Source of the DNA: Callorhinchus milii
Lineage: Eukaryota
Length of the DNA stretch: 64,000 nucleotides
Assembly: GCF_018977255.1 (NCBI RefSeq)
Contig: NW_024704743.1
Coordinates: forward strand, 98,768,001 to 98,832,000
Direction of reading: 5' to 3'
Within the stretch, counting starts at the first letter, position 1, and each line of letters starts with the position of its first letter. The notes under the pieces were generated by a model, which did not search any database, was not told the origin of the DNA, and was given only the letters and a program-made list of their open reading frames with translations. Positions 11,401 through 23,945 of this stretch are shown one piece after another. Both the position numbers and the translations under genes were made by a program.

Positions 11401-14400
11401 AATTTTGAGTTATTTGTTTTACTTAAATATCTCCTTGTTTTCATAAACAGCTCTGTGCCCATTGATTATAACTTATATCGAAAGTTTTGGTCACTCCAAG
11501 ACTTTTTCAGAAACCCACTACAATGCTATGAGAAGATTACTTGGAAGACATTTCTGAAGGTAAAATTGCACTCATTAATATTATGACTATCTTCAGCTTA
11601 CCTTTATTTAAATTTAATTGAAACAAATTCATTCTTGCGACTAGTATTGAGCATTGTTATAAGTTCCCATTTTTTGGTTTGCAAGGCATCATCATGGACA
11701 GTGATTATCTATTACATGATCTTCACTAATATTGCTATGGATTGGCCACCACACAAATATTTTCTTTCCTACATATTGCTACAGATAATTGCCGGCTGAC
11801 ACATCACCAAATCATTTAGACAACAGCTTTGGGCCTCTTATTTTAATTGTCCTATAATTTGGAATGAGGAATAGATTTGATTGAATTACTAGGCCACGTG
11901 AAAAAAGGAATGTAATCAATTGATCATGGGCATGAATGATTGTTGGATTATTGGAAACTGCTTAAAGGTTCTGTTCATTTATGTAATATTAGCTTTTAGT
12001 GAGTCTGCATAATAGATTAGTGTTTTTAATTGTTAGTGGAATTTTAATGTCATTCAATGGGACTTTCTTTTCACTCCTACTGTGCAAATTTTTTTTACAG
12101 TATTCAGATGAAGTGCTGGATGTTTTCAGAAGCTACAAACTTGATGATATGCAGGCTTCCAAAAGGAAACAGGATGAGTTCAAACCCCAAAAAGATGCAC
12201 ACGTATACTTTGCTAAATTCCTCACCAGTGAGAAGGTAACTTTTATTTTCTCTCAAAACAAAATCCTTTGCTATGCTATCCACTTATATCGTCAAGTGGT
12301 TAGTGGGTTGGAAGTGAAATTTTCTATAGTAAACAAGTGAAGGTATGTGGTATGCCTGTGTATTCTGATGAATTTTTTTATTGTATCCTTGTCTTAAAAT
12401 GCCGAGAAAGTGTTGGATAACTTCTTAAAAATGTCTTTCAAGTTTCACATTACTGTGAATCTTGAGTTACCATGCCTTGTATTAAGTATCAAGCTGTCCT
12501 TTGTGTGGGTCTTTGTTTCTTTGATAATGGAACAATTATTGCCAACCGTTGAGTCCTGTAGCTTAATGGTTAGAACACTTGCCTCGCAAGCAAGAGGACC
12601 TAGGTTCAATTCCCAGCAGGGCAAAACATTGGACAAGTTTCCTTACTCCACACGCCTCTGTTCACCTAGCAGTAGATAGGAACCCAGTTGTTAGTTCATT
12701 GGCGGATCATTTTCTGGGAGTAATAATCCCTTAAAAAATTTTTTAAATAGTAATGATTTGGTCACTCAATCTACGCCTGTTTGTGGGACACTGCTGTGCG
12801 CAAGTGGCTGTGTTTTCACCCACAAAATATACAGTCAAATCACTTCATAGTATACTCTGAAGTGCTTTGAGATGTCCAGTTGCTAGGCTGTATTAAAAGG
12901 GCTGTATTGATTTGAAATAGTGGGGTAATCCTGCCACTGTATAAATCACTGGTGCGACTGCACTGTGTGCAGACTGAACTGTCACGGTCACCGCAATATA
13001 AAAAGGATATTGCAGCAATTGAGGATACAGAGGAGGGCAATCAAAATGATTGAAGGGATGGAAGGACTGGACTACGAAGAGTGATTAGATAAACTGGGCA
13101 TGTTCACAATGGAGAAGAGAAGGTTGAGGGGCAAGATGATTACAGTCTCTTACGATGCTAAAGGGGTTAGATAATGTTGACCATGATATGCTGTTTTATC
13201 TTGAACTGAAGAGTGGAACCAAAGGACATGGCCTGCGATTAAAGGGAGGTAAATTCAGAACAAATCTGCAGAAACACTACTTCAGTGAGCGAGTAGTAAA
13301 CTTATAGAACAGGCTCCCTAGGGAGACAGTGGATGCAGAAAATGTCATTTGTTTCAAGAACAAATTAGATAGATTTTGACTAGAAAATAATATCTCAGGA
13401 TATATATAGTTTAGGACACTACATAACAAGCGACTGCCAGGATGGTGGAAGGCAAACTAGATGGACCTTGGTCTTTCTCCTAGCAAATGTTCTTATGTCT
13501 CAAAGACGTGATAAAGTGCTATATCAAATGTAAGGATTATTATTAATATATACTTTATCACTGTACTTATATCTCTCACTTTACTTTTGTTTACTCCTAG
13601 CTGATGGATCTACAACTAAATGACAGCAACTTTAGACGGCATATCCTCTTACAATACTTAATATTGTTTCAGTACCTGAAAGGCCAAGTCAAATTTAAAA
13701 GGTAAACCTGCTTGACATCATTGTTACATACGTTTTAAATTTCTTTCACTGAAACTGAAGTAAAGAGCAAGTGCAGGACACCAGCTAGATTGAAAATCAT
13801 ATAATCAATAGTGAGCAGGTATATGTTTGGTTTTTAATACTCTGATTGTAGGAGGAGCGAAAAATGGAGTGAGGTTAGACAGTTTTGAGGTTATTAGTAG
13901 GATAGTGCAAAGAGTTTTTATTTCAACCCAGTGAGTTGGATCAGAACATTATTATTTTATTACTGCCACTTTGGGATGGCAGAGATTTGTTTTTGCTTTT
14001 CTTTTCTCCTCCCTCCCAAAGTGATCATCTTACACCAGCAGTTAATAGGTGGTGATTTCTAATGCAATAAGGAGTTTAAGTAGGGACTCCTGGTAACCGG
14101 AATGCCTCATTAACTGCAAGAGTTCTGCTCTGAAAGCTGACTTCAGTTTTTCTTCATTGAATTTTTTAACATTAAAAACATTTTTAGAAATAGCTATTTA
14201 TTAAGCCCCATTATCAACACTTTTTTTAACTTGTTAGAAATTACATCCCTTCTGTAGTTTTTCATTTTTAAAAAAAAGGTTGAATGAGGGAGTGCATTAC
14301 TTGTTATGAGATGTTATCCTGAGTGAGATATTGCAAAATGTTGATTGGATAGCGTTAAGACAACTATATCATATCTAACAGCTGCAATAAATAAACCATC

Positions 14401-17400
14401 TATGTTAATCATGTTTTACAGCTCCTACTGTGTATTGACTGATGAACAGACTCTCTGGATTGAGGATACCACCAAAGGAGTTCATCAGGTTGGTGGAGAG
14501 TGAAGTTGCAAATTTCACTTTTAATTTTCACTTAAAATCTTTTAAAACACAGCAGACAGTCTGCACAAACCTATATCCCACAAATAGTCATGAATTGAAT
14601 TATTATTTTCTGTTGCCTGAGTACCTCCAAAATATTTTTCATAACTTTTGGCAAATCATATTTTGGCGAGAGATGCAGAATTAAAAAAGTTAATTTTTAG
14701 TATGGTTTGAAAAAGCGATCAGTCTCTGTGTATTTTAATAGTAAACGGCTCTCCAGTCCTGAAAGGTTTAAACAGTTTTGAATGTTTGTACAGAAATGTT
14801 GCGATAAAAATATTCCTTTTGAACTGTTTCTCATTCATTATGTAGCTACTGAAAGAGACACCACCTGATGGAGATAAATTTTCATCTATGGTAGAGGTAT
14901 GTCATGTCTTATTTCTACAGATTTTTAACTTTCAAGTTTGGAACTGTGTTAGCAACAATTTAGAAATGAAGTCTTCATAGCAATATGTAAACTTCCTCTT
15001 CAAAAAATGAATGATGATAAAACTATTTTTTAAACACCAGTTTCATTTTGCAGTCGATAAATAGTATTTCTCTTTGTGTTGTTGATACTGCAATATTATC
15101 TAAAGTATCCAGACTTGTTTGCAGCATATTCTGCACAGTGAGGAAAACTGGATTGCATGGAAAAATGAAGGTTGTCCAAGCTTTGTCAAAGAAAGGTAAT
15201 AATTTCCTTTTATTTTTTTCTTTAAGTTTCCCAAATTCTCTTTTTCCCTCCACCTCCCACCCTATGTATAATGTGTCATTCCTTGATTTAAAGGATGAGA
15301 GCAGCTTTCAAGCCTAGAATTACTTATCCTCATCCTACTACTTTCAAAAATAAAAAGTGTTCCTAATTATTGAAACCTTAGGCAAGTTTCCTTATTCCAC
15401 ACACCTCTGGTTACCTAGCAATATGTAGGAACCCGGTTAATCGATTGGCGGATCGTTTTCTGGGGTTAATACTCACTTCAAAAAAAAATAATAATTTGGT
15501 CAAAAAAATATATGGTCACTCAATCCAAAACTGTTTTGGGACAGTGGTTTGCCCACAAAATATGCAGTCAATTCACTTTGAATTCATATTCTATGAAGAG
15601 CTTTGAAGCGTCTCAATGAGATAAGGTGCTATATCATCTGCAAGACTTATTACTATGCAGATATGCTATAAACAATAATTCCCTACACCAAACCAGCATA
15701 TTAAATGATGAATAATTGCCTGTAGATATTTTTTGCTTTCATAAAGATTTTCCCTCCCCAAAATTTGGGAAAGATGAGAAGTAAAACCAGTTCAATATAT
15801 TAAAGAGGATAATTTTTTCTTGATTATCTGTTTTGCAGATTTTTGGTTTGCCAGGCAATGACGATTCAATTAGCTTTTATCTACTAATTAAAAAAATAGT
15901 ATTTTTAAGGTGAAGGGAACAGAATTGCTCTTGAGAAGCTGGCATCAGAAACATTCGGCTGAATTACCACTTTCTGTGCTGTTTATGCTTCGGTGGAATA
16001 ATAATCCCTCCAAAACCAAAAACAATAATAAATTGCTCATTTTCAATCTACGACTGTTTGTGGGACATTGCTGTGCGCAATTGGCTGCCGCGTTCGCCCA
16101 CAAATATACAGTCAATTCACTTTACAGTGTGTTCTGTGAAGCGCTTTGGGACGTCCTCCCGACGTGAAAAGCGCTATATCAAATGCAAGGATTATTATTA
16201 TTATGTAAAGTGTTTTAATTGGGGGAATAAAACTGCATATGATTAAAACTGCTAGGTCTGTCTATCACATAGGCTGAGAAATACTCTAAAACATAAATGT
16301 TTGCTTTTTAAAGACCATCTGAATCTAAAGTTCCAAAACCAACAAGGAAACGTCCAGCTCCTGAAGACTTCTTTGGAAAGGGACCAAGTAAGAAGATTTT
16401 TATGGGAAAGTAAGCACAATTTAAACAATTCCCTAATTTTTGTGCAGAATATATTTGGCTTTAGATGTTTTCCAGTAATATATTGAGGACTGTTTAGGTC
16501 CTACACACTCTAAAATGTTGCACATCACCTATACCATGTCAGGAATACAATAGTGTGGAAAGTTAGGAATAATCCTTTTATCGGAGATGCGGCAGGATTT
16601 ACTGTCCAAGAATCAAGTACAGTAGAAACCCAGTTTGCGGTCACCTCAGTAATCCAGCCACCTCACAATTGTGGGCACATTTTCACGGTATTTTTCGTTG
16701 TCAATGTTAAAAGGTAGTCTGTCTGCTTCAGTAAACCTGGCACCTCACTATTCAGGACAGTGGTCATTGATTGCGGCCGCTACAGAGCCTTCCTCCGCTT
16801 CAAACGCGGTACAACACCCCCCCCCCCCACCCCAATCAGTACACAGTGTGCTAGGCCTCAGGTTTCTCGCACTGTTTCCTTGACACTGCTACTGGGACGG
16901 AGTGGACTCCGGTCGCACACGTGCGGCACGGGGAGTGTTGGGATTGAGAAGTGACGCAACCAGAAAATGTGACAAAGCCTTTATTTTAATGAGATTGCAA
17001 AGTATGGTTTTTGAATGTTCATCACCCTTGGCCATTACCAGTACCCTTAACATTACATTGACTTGAATCACCCGACTTGTTTCAGTAATCAGATCACCTC
17101 ACTAAATAGGTCACTTTTGCCCAGTCCCTCGAGTGACCGAATTAGTGAGGTTCCACTGTATATGTTAATTCAAAATAAATGAAGAATCCTATCTGTACAA
17201 CCCTCATTTCAGGCTTGCAGCTTTTCACCAAATGCAAGGAGGTTTTGGACTCCTGGTATCCAGAATTGAGAAGATCCACTTCCTCCCCGCCCACAGCATC
17301 CTATTCACAGTCATAAACAACGGCCTCAGGATTTGTGACCAGGGCTCTCTGTCTCTTTATCCTCTATCTCTGCTGCTTTCGACTGATGACCACCCTAGTT

Positions 17401-20400
17401 TCCTGGTTTCACTTCTTTCCATCCCACTAACTTCACTGTGTCTCATTTACTGCCCTGGCATAGGCTGGAATTGAATATCTTAAAAGACCAAAGGGTGGCA
17501 TGCTGAATCACAATAGTCTACAATTCACTAGAGGTAGTTTCTTATATTCTGGCAATTTGGCATGTGTAATTTAATGAGTTTTGGTCAAATGTTGCTTTGT
17601 TTCCTGCAGCGAAGAGCTTACACGGCTTTGGAACCTCTGTCCTGACAACATGGAGGCCTGCAAGTCTGAGAGCAGGTAGCTTTTTTTTTGAGCAAATAAG
17701 ATATCTTCAATAAAATGGTGTCATACAAAGGAATTGAGAATTTATGAATTAAGGAGCAATTTTATATCCAATTGAAATAGAGTTAAGACTGCAAAATGAT
17801 GGGATTTTCTTCCCATTGAATAGGACTGAATTTAAATGCCTTTCGTAGAGCTACAAGTTTACCATGCTAATGCACCGAACAACTGTATAAATGCAAGTTG
17901 ATATTGTTGAATAGCAAATAGCTGTAATATTTTGCTTTAACCAAGTATGCTGTCCAATAGACTGTCTGAGAACTGACAAAACTCCTCTCATTCGTGACTG
18001 CCAGTGAAGATATTTTTTGTTTCCCAGGTATAATTAACCATATGTTGTGTTTTCTTTGTTAATCTCAATTTATTGGGCTTCTGCTTTTAAAATTTTGAGA
18101 TGAATTCATACAGTGGATTCTGTTGTAATAAATCTTTTGGATTGCAGAGAGTTCATGCCTGCCTTAGAAGAGTTTTTTGAAGATGCTATTGAACAAGCTG
18201 ACCCGGAGAACATGGTTGAGGAAGAATATAAGTAAGATATTGCGACCTTGTGTACTTGAAGCTCATATCTATGAAATTTTGATGACTTTTGAGACGTACA
18301 ACCACCTATCTTGTTTCGTTGATGTAGGGTAGTAAATAATTCCAACTATGGCTGGAGAGCATTGCGACTTCTAGCACGAAGAAGCCCTCATTTTTTCCAG
18401 CCAACCAATCAGCAGTTCAAGAGCTTGCCCGAGTATTTGGACAACATGGTCATCAAGTTGGCCAAGGAATTACCAGTGAGTACATGTTCATGTCATTCAT
18501 TTAGTTCTGAAAGATCATCTTCACATTGAATTGCAGGCAGGGAAGCCCACTCACTCAATCACACAAAGGCTGAAAATAATAGCGTTTCTATGACTGGGTA
18601 ACTGCAAAATGATTTATCAATCTCTTTTGAAAATTTGAGAAATGGGTTAATTTGACCATTTTGAAATATCATTTTTTTTCCCAAATCGACAAATGTATCT
18701 CTTTAATCTGGCAGGATGTTTAAAACCACTCGATCAGCAAAACCCAGACAGCTGCCGTATATTCCTCCTGGCCTATAAATCCTGCCAAATTTATACAAAT
18801 ATGTGAAATTTAACAAGAAGATTACATTTGTATAGCGTTAAGGTTAAAGACTTGATAAAATCAATACTTTGTTTTCCCCGTTTCCAGATTCAGTTTATAT
18901 TTTGAGTCAATAAAGCAATAAAGACTTTTTAAAATTATTGATAAATTACTCTAGAGGTGAATAAATGTGGAAGACCAACAATAAATATGTTGTGACTGGT
19001 TTCCAGCCTCCCTCTGAAGAGATAAAGACAGCGGAGGATGAAGATGAAGAAGAAGATAATGACGATCCATTGCTAAAGGAAAGCAATGAAAGTAAGTTTG
19101 AATTGCAGTGTTGATAGCTATATAAAAGATTCAGAGCTATCTAATAGTAACATCATTCATCATCACATTATCATGCTGGCAGAACTGGAATCACGTAATG
19201 GTAAGGGACATTTGGTTCCGCTTTCCTTCGCAAAGGAAAAGGCAGCGGATACTGTCATGCTCAGAAGTTCATTGTGAAAAAGATTGTCTCAATTGAAAAT
19301 TGAAACCCCCAAAAATAATGCATATGGAAAGATTCATGCTTCTTTTCTGATGTTGACCTGAATTGATCGCCTAGGTACGAGACTTAAGAGATGGAGGGTG
19401 TTGTATCTACAAAGAAGTCAATTCAGAAATCTTAAAGGAAAGCTGCCACAAAGCATATATTTAATGCACAAAATGTCTTCTAGTTCCTGGATCACATTCA
19501 TTTTGATTTATTTAACCTAACTATAAGTTTCAAAGTGGATGTTTCACCAATTTGATAGCAGCTATTAGCTTGGGAGATGTTTTCAGCAATGTTTTGTCAC
19601 CATAGGATGATGTCTGGTAACAGACTAGCTGAAATGCATGGGAAATTCTTGAGATTCGTGTGTTTGGATGTTATTTCTCCCAGTAGATTGTTGTAAATTA
19701 TATATTTTAAACAAAACAAATCCAATTGAGCATTGGGAAGAATTAATGTCATCAATGAGTGTGACCAAGGTTGAATTCTGTCATTTTGAGTACTTCGATC
19801 AAATTATTTAACACACAAATTAAGAGTTATAGCAATGATTCTTTATTCCAAACAATTCTGGTGGTTTCTCTTGTCTCACAATGAGCTGAAGACGGATTTT
19901 AAAAGGCTGCCATTTTTTAAAAATTGCTTTGCAGAAATAGAAGGTGTACTTGCAATGCTGCCAAACCCATTGTCATTAAATTAATGGTAAACTATTTTAT
20001 AGTGAGACTAAATTAATGGTGCAATATTTTATAGCGAGACTGCAGATGATGACCTCTGTTCTGATATGACAATCAAAATCACCTATCATTAAGACCATAA
20101 ACATATAAATAGACAGCTTGTTTTGCATAAGTGATCTGGCTCCTATACAGGTTCGGCACCTAAAAATGACTGTTAAAACTACAGTCCCCTTATGGTTCTG
20201 CTAGGAGCTATGTCCCATGAAGAATACCAAACCAATCTATGAATCATGATTTTTTTTTAACCAGATTCACTCCAGAATTTGCACTTCAATGCTACTGAAG
20301 GATTGTAAAAATCCATGACCAATTCATTCTAGAAATAGCAGATGTAACTGGAACAGTTGTTACTCTTCTGTTTAACTAATTAAAAATACTTTGAGGAAAA

Positions 20401-22261
20401 TGGGCCCTCCAATGTTGACGTTTCTAGTTTCCCATGTATTTCAGCCAACAACAGCCGGCTGCCTGACATCATCGTCTGGTGACAAAAGGCTGCTAGTGAC
20501 TTCTCCCCCGCAGTTAATGATTGCTGTCAGGTAGGTGAAAGCATCCACTTTGAAACTTGTTTTGATGAGAGGTTTAAAATGGATTGCTATTAGGATTCGG
20601 ACATTGTTAGAGGGTACTGTGCATTAAAGAAGTCCACTGGTGCATAAAACGTTTAAATAGTGTAGTTTTTAATGCTTTTGCATTTTAAGTTGAAAATAAG
20701 ATGAATAGTTTGTTCTCTAGCCCCTTCTCCCTCAATATATTTTGTGGGCTTCGGTCATGAATGGAAGTGAAAAACTATTGTGCTCTCACAAAGCTGGAAA
20801 TGCACATCACCGGTCGCCAAAATCTGCAAGTGCAATTAGATGAAATGATAGAATAATTTGTAGCTCTGTTTCAAACCCAATTTCCTTTCAAAGTATTTAT
20901 TATTGTGTCTTAAGTAAAGTACTGAATGAAAATGTTCATGATCAGCTTTCTGTTTTTTTATAGTATCAGCCTTGCAGTTGCTAACATTCCTACCTCTAAG
21001 TCAAAATATGGTGTTTGAACCCGTAGACTTGGCTGGCCCTCTAATGCAGTGCTGGGGAGTGCTGCATTGTCGGACATGCCATCCTTTGTTTGAGATGTTA
21101 AACTGAGGTCTTGTCTACCTATTCAAGTGGGTATTAAAGATCCCACAGCATTATTTGTAATGAGAAGGGAATTTCCCTGTCAGATTAAAAAGATCACTTC
21201 ACAGCAGCTTGTGGAACCTTGCTGCGCTCAAATAGGCTGCTGCATTTTCCTTGTAGGTGGAGATTAGAAGAGCCAAAGGACCTTTTTTCACTTCTCATCC
21301 AAAGCATTGCACCTCCAACAAGGTGGTGCTCCCCCAGCATTCCTTTGGAGTGTCAGCCTAAACTATATTACTGCTTCAAAGGGCTTCTTGGGATTTTATG
21401 GTGATGTGCAGTGGCTGCATTTTGTAGCCAAACACTGAGCTCAAAGCCCGATGTGCGGCTTGAACCCACAACCTTCTGACCCAGAAGTGAGAGTGCTACC
21501 AACTGTGCCAAGCTGACACCTGAAATGAGACACTGAAGGGAAAATCATCTAAAAGCTATTCTTGCGTACTGTCCAGTAATCAGTTTTGAAGCAACATTGC
21601 AAGGGATCTAGGAGCAGATTGCACTGGTCCTCTGGGACAGAGTTAGTATTCTGATTTGCAGTAAGACCAAGATAGGTAGAGAAATAAATATGTTTTGCAT
21701 TTAAAAAAGGTAATTGATTTATTGCTCATTCACATTGTATTATTCAAAAAAACTTTAGTTCACCCATTTCATCTATATATACTGTAATAGCTACCAGCAA
21801 AGTATGATATCCTTAGAATGATATGCTCCCCTCTTATACTTTATTGTAAAAGAACCAATGGATATGAAATGTAATACTTGGCATGTAAAATGTGTTGCGG
21901 TATTACTCACTGTAAGATATCTACTAAATGCCTGTGTGCGATGTTTAATAGTTCTTGTAATGTTTTTAGGTCCTGATATGCAGAATAAGCTTGTAACAGG
22001 TGAACAAATAGAACTACTTGCCAACAGCCTTGGAGAAGAGTGGAAAACACTAGCACCACACTTTGAAATGAGGACTCTGACATTCGTGGAATTGAATGTG
22101 ATAGTGAGGACGTTAAGATGCGAGCTAAGTTGCTACTCGTTGCTTGGCAAGATCGGGAGGGACTGCAGGCTACGGTGGAGAATTGCGTGTCTGCACTGAT
22201 AAGTGCTGGTTTAAATCAACTTGCAAATATCCTGACAAATGAGATTGAAAATATTAGCTAG
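2256..22261 (+). CDS. THOC1: THO complex subunit 1 (HPR1/p84), 21 coding exons, about 658 aa if the last-exon frameshift is corrected
   Basis: Manually spliced exons, all GT-AG with consistent phases: 2256-2303, 4423-4496, 4657-4717, 5591-5657, 5905-6023, 6801-6849, 8384-8479, 10006-10088, 10182-10255, 11451-11559, 12101-12235, 13601-13701, 14422-14488, 14846-14896, 15125-15195, 16314-16409, 17610-17675, 18148-18231, 18328-18475, 19007-19091, 21970-22261. The translation ([15 protein letters not shown]..., [84 protein letters not shown]) closely matches vertebrate THOC1 as I remember it. Summed length is 1976 nt, one short of a multiple of 3; the break is at about 22071. Confidence 0.97.
2520..2590 (+). 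mobile_element. Tail-only L2 LINE fragment with (TTG)n
   Basis: CAGCGCCTCCGGACGTCCTCCTGACGTGAAAGGCGC...(TTG)n matches the 3' ends of the longer L2 copies. Confidence 0.75.
3850..4280 (-). mobile_element. Older, longer tRNA-derived SINE (DeuSINE/SacSINE1-like); related copies near 20965-21250(+), 21300-21520(-), 28222-28620(-), 39250-39570(-), 52143-52440(+)
   Basis: tRNA-like head (TGGCTCAGTGGTAGCATTCTC...GGTTGTGGGTTCA), central segment ...GATGAAATGTTAAACTGAG...CAGGTGGATGTTAAAGATCC, and the same 3' tail as the younger SINE. Family name is from memory. Confidence 0.75.
6060..6200 (-). mobile_element. Short CR1 LINE ORF2 fragment
   Basis: Translates [18 protein letters not shown], typical of the CR1 ORF2 C-terminal region. 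Confidence 0.6.
6249..6428. mobile_element. MITE with Tigger/pogo-like terminal inverted repeats
   Basis: Left end CAGGTTAAACTCTTGATAACTC; reverse complement of the right end CAGTAAACTCCTGATAACTC. No coding capacity. Confidence 0.7.
12550..13545 (+). mobile_element. tRNA-SINE (12550-12876 plus 13495-13545) interrupted by a CR1 LINE 3' fragment (12877-13494)
   Basis: The SINE breaks at TTTGAGATGTC and resumes at ATGTCTCAAAGACGTG...GGATTATTATT. The insert has CR1 hallmarks (LYKSLVR...YKKDI; GAAGAGAAGGTTGAGGGG; GTTCTTAT tail). Confidence 0.88.
15998..16203 (+). mobile_element. 5'-truncated young SINE copy; a near-identical copy lies on - at 51005-51215; other partial copies near 15373-15655, 29302-29410 and 39660-39780
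   Basis: Almost identical to the 3' two-thirds of the SINE at 1649-1976. Confidence 0.9.
16620..17158. mobile_element. Non-autonomous Tigger/pogo-like DNA transposon with TA target-site duplication
   Basis: Left end TA|CAGTAGAAACCCAGTTTGCGGTCAC; right end GTGACCGAATTAGTGAGGTTCCACTG|TA. Internal repeats of TCACCTCA(G/C)TAA. Confidence 0.75.
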
Positions 22262-22505
22262 TAAATAACAAAACAACTAAATAAGTGCTTGCTTTTTTAA
22301 GAAAAACTTAATATTTCAACTGAGCTAAACACCCAGAAAAAAATCAGTTTTTTTAGTTCACCATTTGTTAGCTTGATTTCTTCCTTCATGTTGTCACATC
22401 ACATTATCTGTCACAAAAAGGTTTTACAGTTGACTTGCCACAATGTTTTTGTCACCATTGAGATTCAAAGCATCTGTTTTTTTGTATTTTTATTGTCACC
22501 TGAAT

Positions 22506-22511
22506 AATAAA
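22506..22511 (+). terminator. Candidate proximal polyadenylation signal of THOC1
   Basis: AATAAA about 245 nt after the stop, with ATTAAA at 22531. A second AATAAA at 24063-24068, with upstream TGTA and a downstream TG-rich tract, is a candidate distal site. Confidence 0.5.
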
Positions 22512-22984
22512 TGAATATTTTTAGATTTGTATTAAATCTGATAAACAGACAGATGTTGCCACTAATGTGGCTGCAAGTCATGGAATGTAAACAGATCTGA
22601 CTAGTAAATCTGTTGAATGTAATCTGGATTCCTTCCATTATGAAACAATAAGCAAAATGGCCTTTTCTGATCATTGACTGTAAAATAATCTCTTTTGAAT
22701 GAATAGGCCAAACTTTAAACAGGGAGATTTACTGTGATGCTAAACACGGTTATTTTTTAAAACTGATCCAGTTTTTCAATATTGATTTCCAGCCATTTTT
22801 TTCTCCTTCAAATTCCTCAGCTTTCCTTTTTTTAAAAAAAATTCCCCCTCACCTTTCTTCAGTCTCCACACAGTCTGCACCAACCCTAGCTAAGCATTCT
22901 GAGTAACTTGTATCCAGCCCATTGACCATTTGCTAGGATATATATGAGAATAGGCAGGGTGTGCCTGCCTAAGGTTAAAAAATC

Positions 22985-23500
22985 ACCTTGTTTAACATCG
23001 GCCTCCCCAACTCCTCCTTCCATAGGTTGCAGATCTACCAGAACTCTGCATCCCTTGTCCTCTCCTGCACCAGGCTCTGTGACCCTATCACCCCCATCCT
23101 CGCCCAACTCTACTGGCGTCCCATCACAGAGGATATAGTTCAAGATCCTGGTCCTCACCTTCAAAGCCCTCCATGGCCTTGCCCCCACCTCTACAGCCCT
23201 ACCAACCTGCTCGTTCCTTCCTCTCAGCCGGCCCCGGCCTGCTTCACATCCCCCACCATTGGCAGGCAGGCCTTCTGCCACTCTGCCCCCACCCACTGGA
23301 ACGCCATCCCAGTCTCTCCACCTCACCCCCTTTCTTACCTCCTTAAATACCCTCCTCTTTGACTGCCTTTGGTCACCCTCCTTCCCACGCACCCCCCGCC
23401 CTCCACAATCCCGACCCCAGCTCGGAAACACTGATTGTCCAGCACCTTGGGACATCCTCCCGCCATGGAAGGTGCTATACAAATGTAATTTTGTTGTTGT
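22985..23500 (+). mobile_element. L2-clade LINE 3' fragment
   Basis: GLPNSSFHRLQIYQNSA...DPITPILAQLYW (L2 ORF2 C-terminus), then the stem-loop tail and (TTG)n. Confidence 0.85.
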
Positions 23501-23606
23501 GTGCCTGTTTTCTTTCCTCCCTGTGAACAAGTGGCTGGCCTGTTTCAGAGCTCCCCAAGACAGTATGGCTGAAATGAAGGACTCTAGTGTTTGGGAATTA
23601 CAAGAA

Positions 23607-23945
23607 GTACAAAATTACATTTATAAAGTGCCTTTCAAGGTGGGAGGACATCGCAAAGCGCTGAACAGTCAGGGATTAGGACCAGAGCGGTGGTGGTTGG
23701 GATCAGGGAGGGTGGCTGAAGGCAGTCGAAGAGGAGAGCCTTGAAGCATGCCTTGAAAGAGGGAGGGAGGCAAAGGGAATACGGCATGGAGTTCCACAGG
23801 GTGGGGGCAGAGAGGTTGAAGGCCCAACTGTTGATGATGAGGCGCGCCAGGCGGGGGACATGGAGCAGGCCGATCCTGCTGAGCAGAGGGAGTGGACAGG
23901 TTGATAAGGGCAAGGTCGGCGAGGCCATGGAGGGCCTTGAAGGTG
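23607..23945 (-). mobile_element. L2-clade LINE 3' fragment, tail-to-tail with the previous copy
   Basis: The minus strand translates to ...GLLHVPR...[14 protein letters not shown]...FKA and ends in the L2 tail. Confidence 0.8.

Noticed and set aside
18232..18327. THOC1 intron 18 is also 3n (96 nt)
   Set aside because: Retention gives an immediate in-frame stop (AAG TAA), so no extended protein.
22886..23530. 214-aa minus-strand ORF
   Set aside because: It is the antisense reading of an L2 fragment, with no independent coding signal.
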